Assembly (NCBI GenBank): GCA_963843795.1
Contig: CAWJLW010000006.1
Span: 372,001 to 436,000 of the forward strand
Origin: an uncultured bacterium
GTDB lineage: Bacteria > Armatimonadota > Abditibacteriia > Abditibacteriales > Abditibacteriaceae
DNA: 64,000 bases
Direction: 5' to 3'
Below, piece by piece: positions 1 through 10,084 of the stretch. Below the pieces are notes generated by a model. It searched no databases. It was not told the origin of the DNA and worked only from the letters and a program-made list of their open reading frames with translations. The position numbers and the translations under genes were made by a program. The number at the start of each line of letters is the position of its first letter. Position 1 is the stretch's first letter.

Positions 1-1164
1 AGAAGCCACGCTAGAAAAACGTGGCGCGGCAGGCTGAGATAGGGCGCGGAGTAAAAACACAAAGCCGCAGCGATGGCAGCCAGCGAATATACGATTTCGG
101 TGGCGTGCGGTCGCGGTCGCAAGTACTCTGCAGGCCCATAACCCAAAGCCCGCCATCGCCCAACCCAGCAGCCAGTCAATATACAGCGCATAAGCGGTGG
201 GAGTTTCGGAAAGGGGAAACGCCTTAATTAAACGCAAGGTTTCCAGAAACGGTTTCCATGGCGTGCTCAGGCCCGAACCCGGCACTACTAATCGAGTGGA
301 AGGTGACACAATCCAACTTTTCACCAGAGCGCCCGCTCCGCTGTCGCTTTCGACTTCGCCCAGAACGAGCACGCGATAAATCGAATACGACGCATAAGCC
401 AAAATCGGCAGCGACAAAGCGAAAATGCTGGAAGTTTGAAAGCTATGGTGTTTGCTGGCGCTTCGATTTTCGCGCCACATTTGCCACCATTGCCATGCCA
501 AAGGCAGCAATAAAACCAAACCCTGCTGGCGCGCCAGCGTGGCAGTTGCCGCCAGCGCACCGGCCAGCCACAAGCGCCGCTCGCGCATCGCCCACAGCGC
601 GCCGATGGACGCGGCCAAAAAAGTGCTTTCGGTGTAAGGCGCGAGCAAGACCCAGCCCAGCGGCCCCAAAACCAACGCCCACGCCGCGCCTTGAATCGCA
701 GAATGTTGAATTCCAACCGTCAGTTGCGGTGCATAGAATTTGGCGACGTAGCGCGCGATCAAGACACAACAAATCCAGCACGCGAGCGTGGAAACGATGA
801 GCAGCGAAAGTTGGGCGTTGCCGGTCAAGGCGTAAAAAGGTTTGGCCAAAAGCGGAAACAACGGATGAAACGAAGCGGTGCCATCATCGAGACGATAACC
901 ACGCGTCACGATGCGTTCATAATATTCGTAATCGTAGCGCATCCATGGCGAAACCCACACGCGATGCCACCAATCTCCGCTGAGCAGATGCGGCGGCCAC
1001 ACCAGCACGCGTTCTTCTAAAACCGTGTCGGGGAACATGGCCGAAATAAACGCGCCCCACGCGCCCCACAGCACGCGAATCAGCAGCAGCATTCGCAGTG
1101 CGCTGAGCCAGTTCGTCCAATCAACCAGAATTTTTGGCTTCGGTTTCATAGCGTCAGATTGCAT
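1..1164 (-). CDS. GT-C fold mannosyltransferase (PIG-V/GT76-like) membrane protein, 3' end outside window
   Basis: Hand translation (not in ORF track): MQSDAMKPK...WMRYDYEYYERIVTRGYRLDDGTASFHPLFPLL...APYTESTFLA...LARQQG, matching PIG-V-like motifs. Removing one extra base at 119-131 restores the frame to ...CKYLRPR...YLSLPRHVF. Confidence 0.7.
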   Translation of the reverse strand, partial: MQSDAMKPKPKILVDWTNWLSALRMLLLIRVLWGAWGAFISAMFPDTVLEERVLVWPPHLLSGDWWHRVWVSPWMRYDYEYYERIVTRGYRLDDGTASFHPLFPLLAKPFYALTGNAQLSLLIVSTLACWICCVLIARYVAKFYAPQLTVGIQHSAIQGAAWALVLGPLGWVLLAPYTESTFLAASIGALWAMRERRLWLAGALAATATLARQQGLVLLLPLAWQWWQMWRENRSASKHHSFQTSSIFALSLPILAYASYSIYRVLVLGEVESDSGAGALVKSWIVSPSTRLVVPGSGLSTPWKPFLETLRLIKAFPLSETPTAYALYIDWLLGWAMAGFGLWACRVLATATARHRNRIFAGCHRCGFVFLLRALSQPAAPRFSSVAS

Positions 1165-1234
1165 AATTATCGAAGAGTTGCCACTACGGTGAGCCACTAC
1201 AGTGCGCCACTTATTACAACAAAAAACAACAAAA

Positions 1235-1278
1235 AAAGCGCGCTGCAAGTACTTGCGCAAGTACTTGCAGCGCGCTTT
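1235..1278. terminator. 44-bp perfect palindrome holding two tandem GCAAGTACTTGC cores; probable terminator of the ATP-grasp/transglutaminase operon
   Basis: aaagcgcgct-gcaagtacttgc-gcaagtacttgc-agcgcgcttt; the A-run to its left is a U-tract on the minus strand. Confidence 0.65.
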
Positions 1279-1296
1279 AGATTGAGCTGAGATATT

Positions 1297-2292
1297 TTAA
1301 ATCGGGTCGGCCCATACGATCATTGACTTCAGTTCGGCGCTGCCGTAAGTCGTAATCATCGCGCAATCGACGGCATCGCGACCGCGCGCAATCGGCACGC
1401 GACCGATGCGCGGAAAATTATGACGCGCATCAAAAGTGTGCCATGCGCCATCGAGCCACACTTCAAACCACGCGTGAAAATCCATCGGCACGTTCGGCGG
1501 CTTGACACCAACATCAGGCATATAGCCGAAACAATAACGCGCAGGAATATTCAAGGCACGGCAGAACGTGATGCCCATGTGCGCGAAATCACGGCAAATG
1601 CCAGTTCCCTGATTCAAAATATCGACCGTTGTCGTGAACGGATTGCTGGCGCCTTTTTGATAACTGATGTTTTCGTGCAGCCAATCGCAAACCGCTTGCA
1701 CGCGCGCCCAGCCCGGCTTGGTGTTGCCGAACAGTTCCCACGCCTTGTTGCTCAAAACATCTGAAAAGCAGTAGCGGCTGCTCAAGGTGTAAACCAGCAC
1801 ATCATCAGGCAACTCTTCTAACGGTTGTTGAATCGCATCAGGAACTTGTGGGTCGGGCGAAGTCGGCACGCGAAAATTTGCGTTGTAGGTAAACTTTGTG
1901 GTTCCCGCGCCGATAGTGAAACGCGTGACATGATTGCCGAAACCGTCCTGATACGAAGTGAAAGGAATCTCTGGTTCGATTTTCCAACTTTCGCTTTCAA
2001 TTTCATAACGGTCAGCAGTGGGAACTGGCTCGCGACGCGCGTATACCTGCACAATGGCAGGCGTTTCATAATTCGATTCGTAAATAAATTCGCAGCCGGC
2101 ATTCAAGAGAAAGCTTTCGCCGGGTGGAACGGGAATGATGTGGCGTGTTTCCGATTGATTGATATCATCGACCGCTTCTGTGTCCTGTGGCGGTGGAAAA
2201 TCGCCCTGAGGTTGCAGCGAAGTGCGGTGCGATTCATTGGAAAGAGAGGAAGTCATAATTAAGGATAAACAAAAGGCGAATAAACGTGGCAA
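1297..2292 (-). CDS. Transglutaminase-like family protein
   Basis: GICRDFAH, PARYCFGY, DFHAWFEVWLDGAWHTFD catalytic motifs; true start may be the Met near 2256. Confidence 0.9.
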   Translation of the reverse strand: MPRLFAFCLSLIMTSSLSNESHRTSLQPQGDFPPPQDTEAVDDINQSETRHIIPVPPGESFLLNAGCEFIYESNYETPAIVQVYARREPVPTADRYEIESESWKIEPEIPFTSYQDGFGNHVTRFTIGAGTTKFTYNANFRVPTSPDPQVPDAIQQPLEELPDDVLVYTLSSRYCFSDVLSNKAWELFGNTKPGWARVQAVCDWLHENISYQKGASNPFTTTVDILNQGTGICRDFAHMGITFCRALNIPARYCFGYMPDVGVKPPNVPMDFHAWFEVWLDGAWHTFDARHNFPRIGRVPIARGRDAVDCAMITTYGSAELKSMIVWADPI

Positions 2293-2318
2293 GTACTTGC
2301 GGTCGTTTTGAAGCGGCT

Positions 2319-3242
2319 TTAGCCAACGAGTTGCGGTTGTTCTTGCGTAGCGTCTTCACCTTCAATTTGGTTGTAAATGCGAACCAGCAGTGTGGTTTGG
2401 CCGGCCATACCGCGATATAAACCGCGTGTGGGTGTGACATCGCGATAATCGCGCCCAACTGCGATTTTGATGTAGTAATTGTTGGCGAGAAGATTATTGG
2501 TCGGGTCGAAACCGACCCAGTTGCCGCCCGGTAACAGCGTTTCGGCCCATGCGTGCGTGGCGACGCCGCCTTCTGCCGAGCGCGATTTATTGGTGACTAG
2601 ATAACCACTGACATAGCGCGAAGGTAAGCCCGCCGCGCGACACGCCGCGATAAAAATGTGGGCGAAATCCTGACACACGCCTCGTCGCGTTTCAAAAACG
2701 TGCGAAATTCGGGTGTCGATATCGGTTTCCATGGGCGCATATTGAAAGCGCTCGCGAATCAAACCGTTGAGCTTTTGCGTGCCGCCAAACCAATCGGTGA
2801 AAATCGTTTGCGCCTGGCGCATTGTGCCCATCACTTGCTCCTGGCTCAGGCCGCGCGCATCCAAACCCGCATCGCGCGCCAGTTCGTGCACCTGGGGAAT
2901 GTCCTCAATCGGCCCATCGAAATGCAGGAAATCGACGCGTGCACGTTTGACATCCCAGTCGCTTAAGGGCGGTTGCATTTTAAACGGTTGGCGATCCACT
3001 TCCACTGTTGAACGGGCCGTGACCACAAGATTGCGATGTGGCTTTAAAATATTGAACGAATGCAGCGAGTTGCCGAAATAATCAATGCCGGTCGTCATTG
3101 GCGCGTCGGGATCGACCGAAAGCGAGAAATCGTGGCAGGTTTGATGATCGTCACTGCATGGATGCAAACGCACTTCGTTGAAAGCTGCGTGCACGGGGTT
3201 TTCATATTCGTAGCGCGTCTCGTGCAAGGTGGTAATTTTCAT
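2319..3242 (-). CDS. Transglutaminase family protein (Bact_transglu_N plus core)
   Basis: N-terminal HETRYEY and DYFGN; GVCQDFAH, SRYVSGY, HAWAE, GFDPTN, AVGRDY. Confidence 0.92.
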   Translation of the reverse strand: MKITTLHETRYEYENPVHAAFNEVRLHPCSDDHQTCHDFSLSVDPDAPMTTGIDYFGNSLHSFNILKPHRNLVVTARSTVEVDRQPFKMQPPLSDWDVKRARVDFLHFDGPIEDIPQVHELARDAGLDARGLSQEQVMGTMRQAQTIFTDWFGGTQKLNGLIRERFQYAPMETDIDTRISHVFETRRGVCQDFAHIFIAACRAAGLPSRYVSGYLVTNKSRSAEGGVATHAWAETLLPGGNWVGFDPTNNLLANNYYIKIAVGRDYRDVTPTRGLYRGMAGQTTLLVRIYNQIEGEDATQEQPQLVG

Positions 3243-3279
3243 ATTTCTGCGAAACAGGTCGCGTGATTTGAAGCTGCTT

Positions 3280-4260
3280 TTAAGCCGCGTGACGCAGTGC
3301 GCCTTGAAAATAAGTCTGAGAAATTTTGCCCGAAATTTCGTTGCAATAACTTTGCAACTGTTGCATATATTGGTGCATTCCGAACTGAATAATGCCGCTC
3401 ATCGTGGTGTCGGTCAGCATGTGACGCACATGCGAAGCCACGATTTCGGGTGCGCCTTCGTGCAACGCGCCGTGCTCGCTACCAATAGCGCGCAGCGACC
3501 AGTGAATCTGATCGAAACAAAAGCGCACCGAGCGCGGAAAAATCGGGTTTAAAACCAAAAACTCCGCCACGCGACTGGGCGTAATTTTCGCCACATAACG
3601 CCGTTGATAAGCTTCATACGCCGAACACGATTTTAACACCGCAGCCCACTGAGTCTGGTCGATTGGCCCGCCGACTTCGGACAAGTTGGGTAGCAAAATG
3701 TAATATTTCACATCCATAAGCCGCGCGGTCGCATCGGCACGTTCGAGATACTGGCCCAATGCAATCCAACGATAACCTTCGTCGTGCGGATAAGTCGATT
3801 TCACCATGCCTTGAAACAACTGCGAAGCTTCGCGAATGCGGCGGAAATAACGCGATTCGCCTTCACGGCGCACATCATCCATCGAGGTGTTGCGCACATC
3901 GTGATAAGTCGTGTTAATTTGTTCCCACATTTCCGAAGAAATCGCGTCGCGCATGGCGCGCGCGTTTTCCCGCGCGGCACCGATACAATTGAGAATCGAA
4001 TTGGGATTTTCGCGCGCAAACGTCAGCCATTCAATAGCACTGTTAGCGGTGGTTTTAGGATGGCTGGCGCGAAAATCGTCGAACGAAGACACCATGCGCA
4101 CAATCGGATTCCAGTAAGAGGCCGTACTATTGGCGTTAAAAAGCGTGTGGCCGACATCAAGTGTCATGTTCATATTGACATCAATTAAACGCGCGTTGTT
4201 TTCGGCGCGTTCGTAGTAACGCGCCATCCAGAAAAGAGCGTCGGCTGAACGTGAAAGCAT
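3280..4260 (-). CDS. Alpha-E domain protein (DUF403)
   Basis: MLSRSADALFWMARYYERAEN, ARENAR, GQYLERAD, FPRSV: repeated ER motifs of the alpha-E family. Confidence 0.92.
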   Translation of the reverse strand: MLSRSADALFWMARYYERAENNARLIDVNMNMTLDVGHTLFNANSTASYWNPIVRMVSSFDDFRASHPKTTANSAIEWLTFARENPNSILNCIGAARENARAMRDAISSEMWEQINTTYHDVRNTSMDDVRREGESRYFRRIREASQLFQGMVKSTYPHDEGYRWIALGQYLERADATARLMDVKYYILLPNLSEVGGPIDQTQWAAVLKSCSAYEAYQRRYVAKITPSRVAEFLVLNPIFPRSVRFCFDQIHWSLRAIGSEHGALHEGAPEIVASHVRHMLTDTTMSGIIQFGMHQYMQQLQSYCNEISGKISQTYFQGALRHAA

Positions 4261-4324
4261 ATATTGTGTTCCTTTGGTTGAAATTTACGGGTGCAAGTAC
4301 TTGCGAGCGCTTCGCCGCCTTAAT

Positions 4325-5986
4325 TTACTCGCTCAAAACCCAAGTATCTTTGCTGCCGCCGCCCTGACTGGAGTTCACGACCAAACTGCCCTTGCGCATC
4401 GCAACGCGCGTTAATCCGCCGGGAAGGACTTTGATGTCATCGGGGTCGTAGATAATGAACGGGCGCAAATCGATGTGGCGCCCCTCGAAGTGACCGTCGC
4501 CTTCATCGATGTAAGACGGGTGACGCGACAATGCAATCGTGGGTTGTGCGATGAAGCCGCGCGGATTATCCAGAATCTGGTCGCGCATACTGTCGCGCTC
4601 GGCCTGAGTGGAAAACGGGCCGGCCAGCATTCCGTAACCACCGCTGGCGTTGGTCGGCTTGACAAACAGTTCGTGCAGATGTTCCAGAACATATTTGCGG
4701 TCGTCCTCGCGTGCGGGCCAATATGTCGGCACAATCGGCAACAAAGGTTCTTCGCCGAGATAATATTTGATAATTTGCGGTGTGAATGAGTAAATCGCTT
4801 TATCATCGGCGACGCCTGTGCCAATTGCATTCGCCAGCGTGACGTTTCCGGCGCGCCACGCATTGACCAAGCCCGGAACACCAAGACCAGAATCGCTGCG
4901 GAAAGTCAACGGATCGAGCCATTCGTCATCTACGCGGCGATAGATCACGTCTACGCGGCGCAAACCCTGCGTGGTGCGCATGTAAACGTGAGCATCGTCA
5001 ACGATTAAATCGCGCCCTTCGCACAATTCAACACCCATTTGTTTGGCCAGGAACGTGTGCTCGAAATACGCCGAATTATAAATGCCGGGTGTGAGTAAAA
5101 CAATGGTCGGGTTTTCGACGCCGTTCGGCGCAACTTTGCGCAGGGCTTCGCGCAAATCCAGCGCGTATCCATCGACCGAGCGCACGCCATAGCGCTCGAA
5201 GGTCATCGGAAACGCGTTCTTCATCACCTGACGATTTTCCATCACATAGCTCACGCCCGAGGGGCAGCGCAGGTTGTCTTCGAGAATATACCAGACGCCT
5301 TTGGCGTCGCGAATCAAATCGGTGCCAGTGATGTGAATATAAGTGTCTTTGGCGACTGTCGCACCGAAAATCTCGCGGCGATAATCGGCGCTGCCTAAGA
5401 CCAAATCGGCGGGCAAAATGCCGTCTTTGAGAATTTTCTGATCGTGATAAACATCATGCACGAACAAGTTCAATGCGTGAATGCGCTGCTTTAAACCGGC
5501 TTCGATGGGCGCCCAATCTTCCGCCGTGACGATGCGCGGCACCAAGTCAACGGGCCAAACGCGTTCGGTGTTGTTATTGTCATCGTCATAAACCGTGAAG
5601 GTAATGCCTTGATGCAACAAGGTCAAATCGGCGCGACGGCGACGCACCATAAAATCATCGGGCGACATCGTTGATAACTGATCGAAAACGCCGCGATACA
5701 TCGGACGCGGTTGGCCATGCTCATCGAACATTTCGTCAAAGAATTGATCTTCGGTGTAATCTTTGAACATGCCGACTTTGGCATTTTGCGATTGTGATTG
5801 GCTTTGCGACTGATTGCCACCACCGTTTTGACTTTGGCTTTGAGACTGACTGTGGGAACTGCCCTGATTTGAACTGTCATGCGCTTCGACAGGAACCACC
5901 GTCGCCGGAGAAGTTGTGGTATCGGTTTCCGTAGGGTTGGTGAAATTTTCGGTGGATGGGTTGGAATTTTCGGAAGCTGAATTCAT
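4325..5986 (-). CDS. Circularly permuted type 2 ATP-grasp protein
   Basis: GITFTVY, DLVPR, LEDNLRCPSGVSY, LTPGIYNSAYFEH, VADDK, RHIDLRP, VVNSSQGGGSKDTWV; Q/S-rich N-terminal extension. Confidence 0.93.
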   Translation of the reverse strand: MNSASENSNPSTENFTNPTETDTTTSPATVVPVEAHDSSNQGSSHSQSQSQSQNGGGNQSQSQSQSQNAKVGMFKDYTEDQFFDEMFDEHGQPRPMYRGVFDQLSTMSPDDFMVRRRRADLTLLHQGITFTVYDDDNNNTERVWPVDLVPRIVTAEDWAPIEAGLKQRIHALNLFVHDVYHDQKILKDGILPADLVLGSADYRREIFGATVAKDTYIHITGTDLIRDAKGVWYILEDNLRCPSGVSYVMENRQVMKNAFPMTFERYGVRSVDGYALDLREALRKVAPNGVENPTIVLLTPGIYNSAYFEHTFLAKQMGVELCEGRDLIVDDAHVYMRTTQGLRRVDVIYRRVDDEWLDPLTFRSDSGLGVPGLVNAWRAGNVTLANAIGTGVADDKAIYSFTPQIIKYYLGEEPLLPIVPTYWPAREDDRKYVLEHLHELFVKPTNASGGYGMLAGPFSTQAERDSMRDQILDNPRGFIAQPTIALSRHPSYIDEGDGHFEGRHIDLRPFIIYDPDDIKVLPGGLTRVAMRKGSLVVNSSQGGGSKDTWVLSE

Positions 5987-6231
5987 AAGATAATGAGAAA
6001 TTATTTCAATATTATGCGGAACATTCGAGCAAACTTTGCACCGCCGGGTGAGTTCTCAGCGCAGCATTAACGGAGAGAGTAAAATTTAGGCAAATTTTAG
6101 CAGACGCAGATTACGGAAATATTAACGTGAGGTTTCACGTTGTTTCTATTGCTGCAAGTCGCTGCCACAGGCTGCAAGTACTTGCAGTGCAGTTTCATTC
6201 GGTTCGCGATGTCGCATCACGGAGAAAATTT

Positions 6232-8052
6232 ATGCTCGATCCCACTCAAGCACCCGCCACTCTGGCCGAATTAGCTCAACGCTCTTTTGTTGGTTTTGCC
6301 TCGCGGCCCTGTCTGGGCCACAAATCTGGCAAGGAATATGAATTTCTAACCTATGAGGCTGCCGCGCAACGAGCGCGCAACTTGGCCGCATCGTGGCAGG
6401 AACTGGGTTTGGTGCGCGGCGAACGCGTCGCGATTTTAGCTGAAAACGCCCCTGAATGGGGCATCGTCGATTTCGCCTGTCAACTGCTGGGTGCGATCTC
6501 CGTCCCACTGTTTTCCACGCTGCCAGCCGTCCAAATCCAAGGGATTTTACGCGATTGCGGCGCGAAATTTCTCGTGGTGTCCGACCAGGGCCAATGGAAA
6601 AAAATTGTTGGAATTCGGGAACAATTGCCCGATTGCGAACAGGTTTTTTCGATGAGCGAAATCGAAAACGAGGAAGTCCAAACGTTGGCCGCACTCGAAA
6701 TTGCGGGCAGCAAGTACTTGCAGGAGCATCCTCAAGCGATTGAAACCAGCTGGCCCGCCGCCGACCCCGACGACGCGGCCACAATTATTTACACCAGCGG
6801 CACGACAGGTGAGCCCAAAGGCGTGGTTTTGTCGCATCGCAATCTGGTTGCGAATATCGAAGCGATTTGCGATTGGTTGCGCCAGGCCTTTGCGATGGAC
6901 GAAAACGAAAGCTTTCTTTCTTTTTTGCCGCTCGCGCATATTTTCGAGCGCACCGCTGGTTTTTGGGTGCCAATGCGTTTGGGCGCAAGCGTGGCGTTTT
7001 GCCAGAATTTGCGCACGGTTGACAAAAATATGCGTGAAGTGCGCCCGACTTGCATGATGGCCGTGCCGCGCTTTTACGAAATGTTGCACGACAAAATTGT
7101 CAGTGCTGCCGAAGATTTGCCTGCCGATAAACGGGGCAAGTACTTGCACGCTCTGGCGTTGGCGCGCAAAAGTGGCGCGTATCGTGGCAAAGTGCCAGGT
7201 GCGACGACGCCCAACTTGTGGGAGCGCGTGCAGCTAGCCATTTACGATCGCTTGGTTTATTCAAAAATCCGCGAGCGTTTTGGCGGTCGTCTCAAAGCCT
7301 TTATTGCCGGTGGTGCGCCGATGCCGCCCAGTCTGGCGCAATTGTTTCTGGGCATGAATATCACGATTTTGGAAGGCTATGGCCTGACGGAAACTTCGCC
7401 GGTTATTTCGGTCAATCGTCCGTCGGACATTCGTTTGGGCACGGTGGGTGAAGTGTTGCCGAACGTGGAAATCAAAATCGAAGGCGACGGCGAAATTTGC
7501 GTGCGCGGACCGTCAATTACGCGTGGCTACTGGCAGCGCGAAACCGAAACGCGCGAAGCCATTGATGGCGAAAATTGGTTTCACACCGGCGACATTGGCC
7601 AATTGATAGAAAAAAACGGGCGCAAGTACTTGCAGATAACCGACCGCAAAAAAGATTTGCTGGTGCTGGCCAATGGCAAAAAAGTCGCGCCCGCGCCGAT
7701 TGAAATGCGCCTGAGCCAATCGCCGCTCATTTCGCAGGTAGTTTTATTGGGTGATCATCTCAAAGCGGTTTCCGCCCTCATTGTGCCGCAAATGGAAGCG
7801 CTGCGCTTGTTTGCCGCCAAGCAGAATTTGGCTTTGGAAAGCGACGAAGCGATTCTGCAATCGCCCGCGATTTTAAAACGCATGCGCGAAGAAATTGATG
7901 CGGTCTCGAGCGATTTGGCCGACTTCGAAAAAGTGAAAAGATTTACGCTACTGCCAGCGCCCTTTTCGGTCGAAAATGGTGAGATGACACCGACTTTGAA
8001 AATCAAACGCCGCGTGGTAGCTGAGAAATATGGCGAACTTTTGGAAGTTTGA
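6232..8052 (+). CDS. Long-chain fatty acid--CoA ligase (AMP-dependent, FAA1-like)
   Basis: YTSGTTGEPKG, FLPLAHIFER, EGYGLTET, FHTGDIG, TPTLKIKR; GGAG RBS before ATG 6232. Confidence 0.92.
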   Translation: MLDPTQAPATLAELAQRSFVGFASRPCLGHKSGKEYEFLTYEAAAQRARNLAASWQELGLVRGERVAILAENAPEWGIVDFACQLLGAISVPLFSTLPAVQIQGILRDCGAKFLVVSDQGQWKKIVGIREQLPDCEQVFSMSEIENEEVQTLAALEIAGSKYLQEHPQAIETSWPAADPDDAATIIYTSGTTGEPKGVVLSHRNLVANIEAICDWLRQAFAMDENESFLSFLPLAHIFERTAGFWVPMRLGASVAFCQNLRTVDKNMREVRPTCMMAVPRFYEMLHDKIVSAAEDLPADKRGKYLHALALARKSGAYRGKVPGATTPNLWERVQLAIYDRLVYSKIRERFGGRLKAFIAGGAPMPPSLAQLFLGMNITILEGYGLTETSPVISVNRPSDIRLGTVGEVLPNVEIKIEGDGEICVRGPSITRGYWQRETETREAIDGENWFHTGDIGQLIEKNGRKYLQITDRKKDLLVLANGKKVAPAPIEMRLSQSPLISQVVLLGDHLKAVSALIVPQMEALRLFAAKQNLALESDEAILQSPAILKRMREEIDAVSSDLADFEKVKRFTLLPAPFSVENGEMTPTLKIKRRVVAEKYGELLEV

Positions 8053-8078
8053 GTTGATACTCAAAGATTCAGCAACCG

Positions 8079-10037
8079 ATGTGGCTGGTAACAAGCATTA
8101 TGAATAATTTAACTTTCCTCGCAATCGCCGCCTTTACATGCGCGCTCACGTTTTCCGCATCTGCAGCGCCTGAACCGGTGACAGAACCCGCGCCCGCCGC
8201 GCCAATTTTAGCTACGCTTAAACCCACACACCCGCGCCTTATCGCTTCGAGCGCGAGCTGGGATGAAATCAAAGCGCGGCGTGCGCAGGACGTGGCTTTG
8301 GATGCGTTTCTCACGCGTGGCGAAATCGAGGCGCGCGCTCTGTTAGATGTGCCGCCTATTGCGTACAAAAAAGATGGCCGTCGCTTGTTGCAAGTCTCGC
8401 GCGTTGTGCTGCGTCGTGTTGTGCTGCTAAGCATGCAATATCGGCTTACCAATAATGAAAAATTTTTACAGCGCGCTGAAGCCGAAATGCTCAATGTCGC
8501 GGCTTTCGCCGATTGGAATCCAAGTCATTTTCTCGATACCGGCGAAATGACTCTGGCATTGGCCTTTGGCTACGATTGGCTTTACGACCAGTTGTCGCCT
8601 CAAACGCGACAAACTATTCGTGCGGCGATAATCGAAAAAGGTTTGCGCGCGGGCTTGGCTAATGGCGGTTGGATGAAAACGCAGAACAATTGGAATCAGG
8701 TGAATTTCGCCGGCTTATCGCTGGGCGCGCTGGCGATTGCCGAGGATGAGCCAGAGTTAGCGGCGCAGATTTTGGAACTGGCGAAACAGAACAATCATTT
8801 TGGCCAGATGCCGTATGCACCTGCTGGCGTTTATCCCGAAGGTGCGATGTATTGGGGATATGGAACGACTTTCGAGACGGTTTTACTTGGCGCTTTGCAG
8901 TCCGCTCTGGGCACCGATTGGGGGCTCAGTCAGAGCGCAGGATTTCTGCAAAGTCCCGAATTTTTGTACCAAATTAGCGGGCCGACCGGCACCTTTTTCA
9001 ATTATTCCGATGGTGTTGAGCGCCCCAGTCTTGAAGGCGGCGTCTACTGGTTCGCACACACCCTGAATCGACCCGAACTTCTGCGTTTGGAAACCGAGCG
9101 TTTGAAGCAATACAGCGATCCCAAACGCGCCGCCAAACCCTTGAGCGCCGATGACCGTTTGTTGCCCTTGGCCGCGCTGTGGTGGCCACAGGCCACGGCC
9201 AAAGCCGAAACCTTACCGCGCTTTTGGTATGGCCAGGGTTCGGTTCCTCTGGCGGCTTTTCGCAGCGCATGGGACGATCCGAATGCGATGTATCTGGCGC
9301 TCAAGGGTGGCAAAGCGACTTCAAGTCACGGTCACATGGACGCCGGTTCGTTCGTTTTTGAATCCGATGGTGTCCGCTGGGCGCGCGATCTGGGAATGCA
9401 GGATTACCTTTCGCTCGAATCAAAAAACGTTGATTTGTGGAACTCGAAACAGGACGGCGGACGCTGGCAAGTTTTTCGTCTCGGCCCGTTTAGCCATAAC
9501 ACGCTCACCATTAATGGCCAGCTGCATCGCGCCGATGGCGATTCGCGAATCACGCACTTTTCCGATGATGAGAGAAGCGCGGGTGCGATCGTTGACTTGA
9601 CACCGGTTTTTCAGGGCCAAGCCACGCGCGTGCAGCGCGGTTTCGCGTTTCGTGCCAGTGAGCATGTGATGATTCGCGATGAGTTGGAAGGTTTGAAGGC
9701 CGGCGACAAAGTGCGCTGGGCGATGTTGACGGGCGCTCAAATCGAAATCGGGCAGGGCGGTCGCCGTGCGGTACTCACGCAAAACGGAAAAACTTTACGT
9801 GTGAGTTTACAGGGCGTGCCGGATGCGAAATTTGAATCCGTTTCCGCCGATCCGCCGCGCGAAACTGATGCGCCTAATCCCAATTCGCGTTTTTTGATCG
9901 TCAACTTTTCCGCGCCCGAATCTGGCGTGCTGAGTTATTCGCTGATGTTGGAACCCGGTGCCGGCACCGATGCCGAAATTATGGACGAATGGTGGCAAAC
10001 GCCTTTAGCACAGTGGCCGCTGGCGCGGGTGAAATAA
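8079..10037 (+). CDS. Secreted heparinase II/III-like polysaccharide lyase family protein
   Basis: Signal peptide; HPRL, WNPSHFLD, YDW, NNWNQV, YPEG.YW.YG, HGHMDAGSFV, HNTLTING; start may be 8100. Confidence 0.82.
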   Translation: MWLVTSIMNNLTFLAIAAFTCALTFSASAAPEPVTEPAPAAPILATLKPTHPRLIASSASWDEIKARRAQDVALDAFLTRGEIEARALLDVPPIAYKKDGRRLLQVSRVVLRRVVLLSMQYRLTNNEKFLQRAEAEMLNVAAFADWNPSHFLDTGEMTLALAFGYDWLYDQLSPQTRQTIRAAIIEKGLRAGLANGGWMKTQNNWNQVNFAGLSLGALAIAEDEPELAAQILELAKQNNHFGQMPYAPAGVYPEGAMYWGYGTTFETVLLGALQSALGTDWGLSQSAGFLQSPEFLYQISGPTGTFFNYSDGVERPSLEGGVYWFAHTLNRPELLRLETERLKQYSDPKRAAKPLSADDRLLPLAALWWPQATAKAETLPRFWYGQGSVPLAAFRSAWDDPNAMYLALKGGKATSSHGHMDAGSFVFESDGVRWARDLGMQDYLSLESKNVDLWNSKQDGGRWQVFRLGPFSHNTLTINGQLHRADGDSRITHFSDDERSAGAIVDLTPVFQGQATRVQRGFAFRASEHVMIRDELEGLKAGDKVRWAMLTGAQIEIGQGGRRAVLTQNGKTLRVSLQGVPDAKFESVSADPPRETDAPNPNSRFLIVNFSAPESGVLSYSLMLEPGAGTDAEIMDEWWQTPLAQWPLARVK

Positions 10038-10084
10038 GGCTGCAGTACTTGCCACTGTGATTCGGTGATTCCAAGCGAGGTTTT

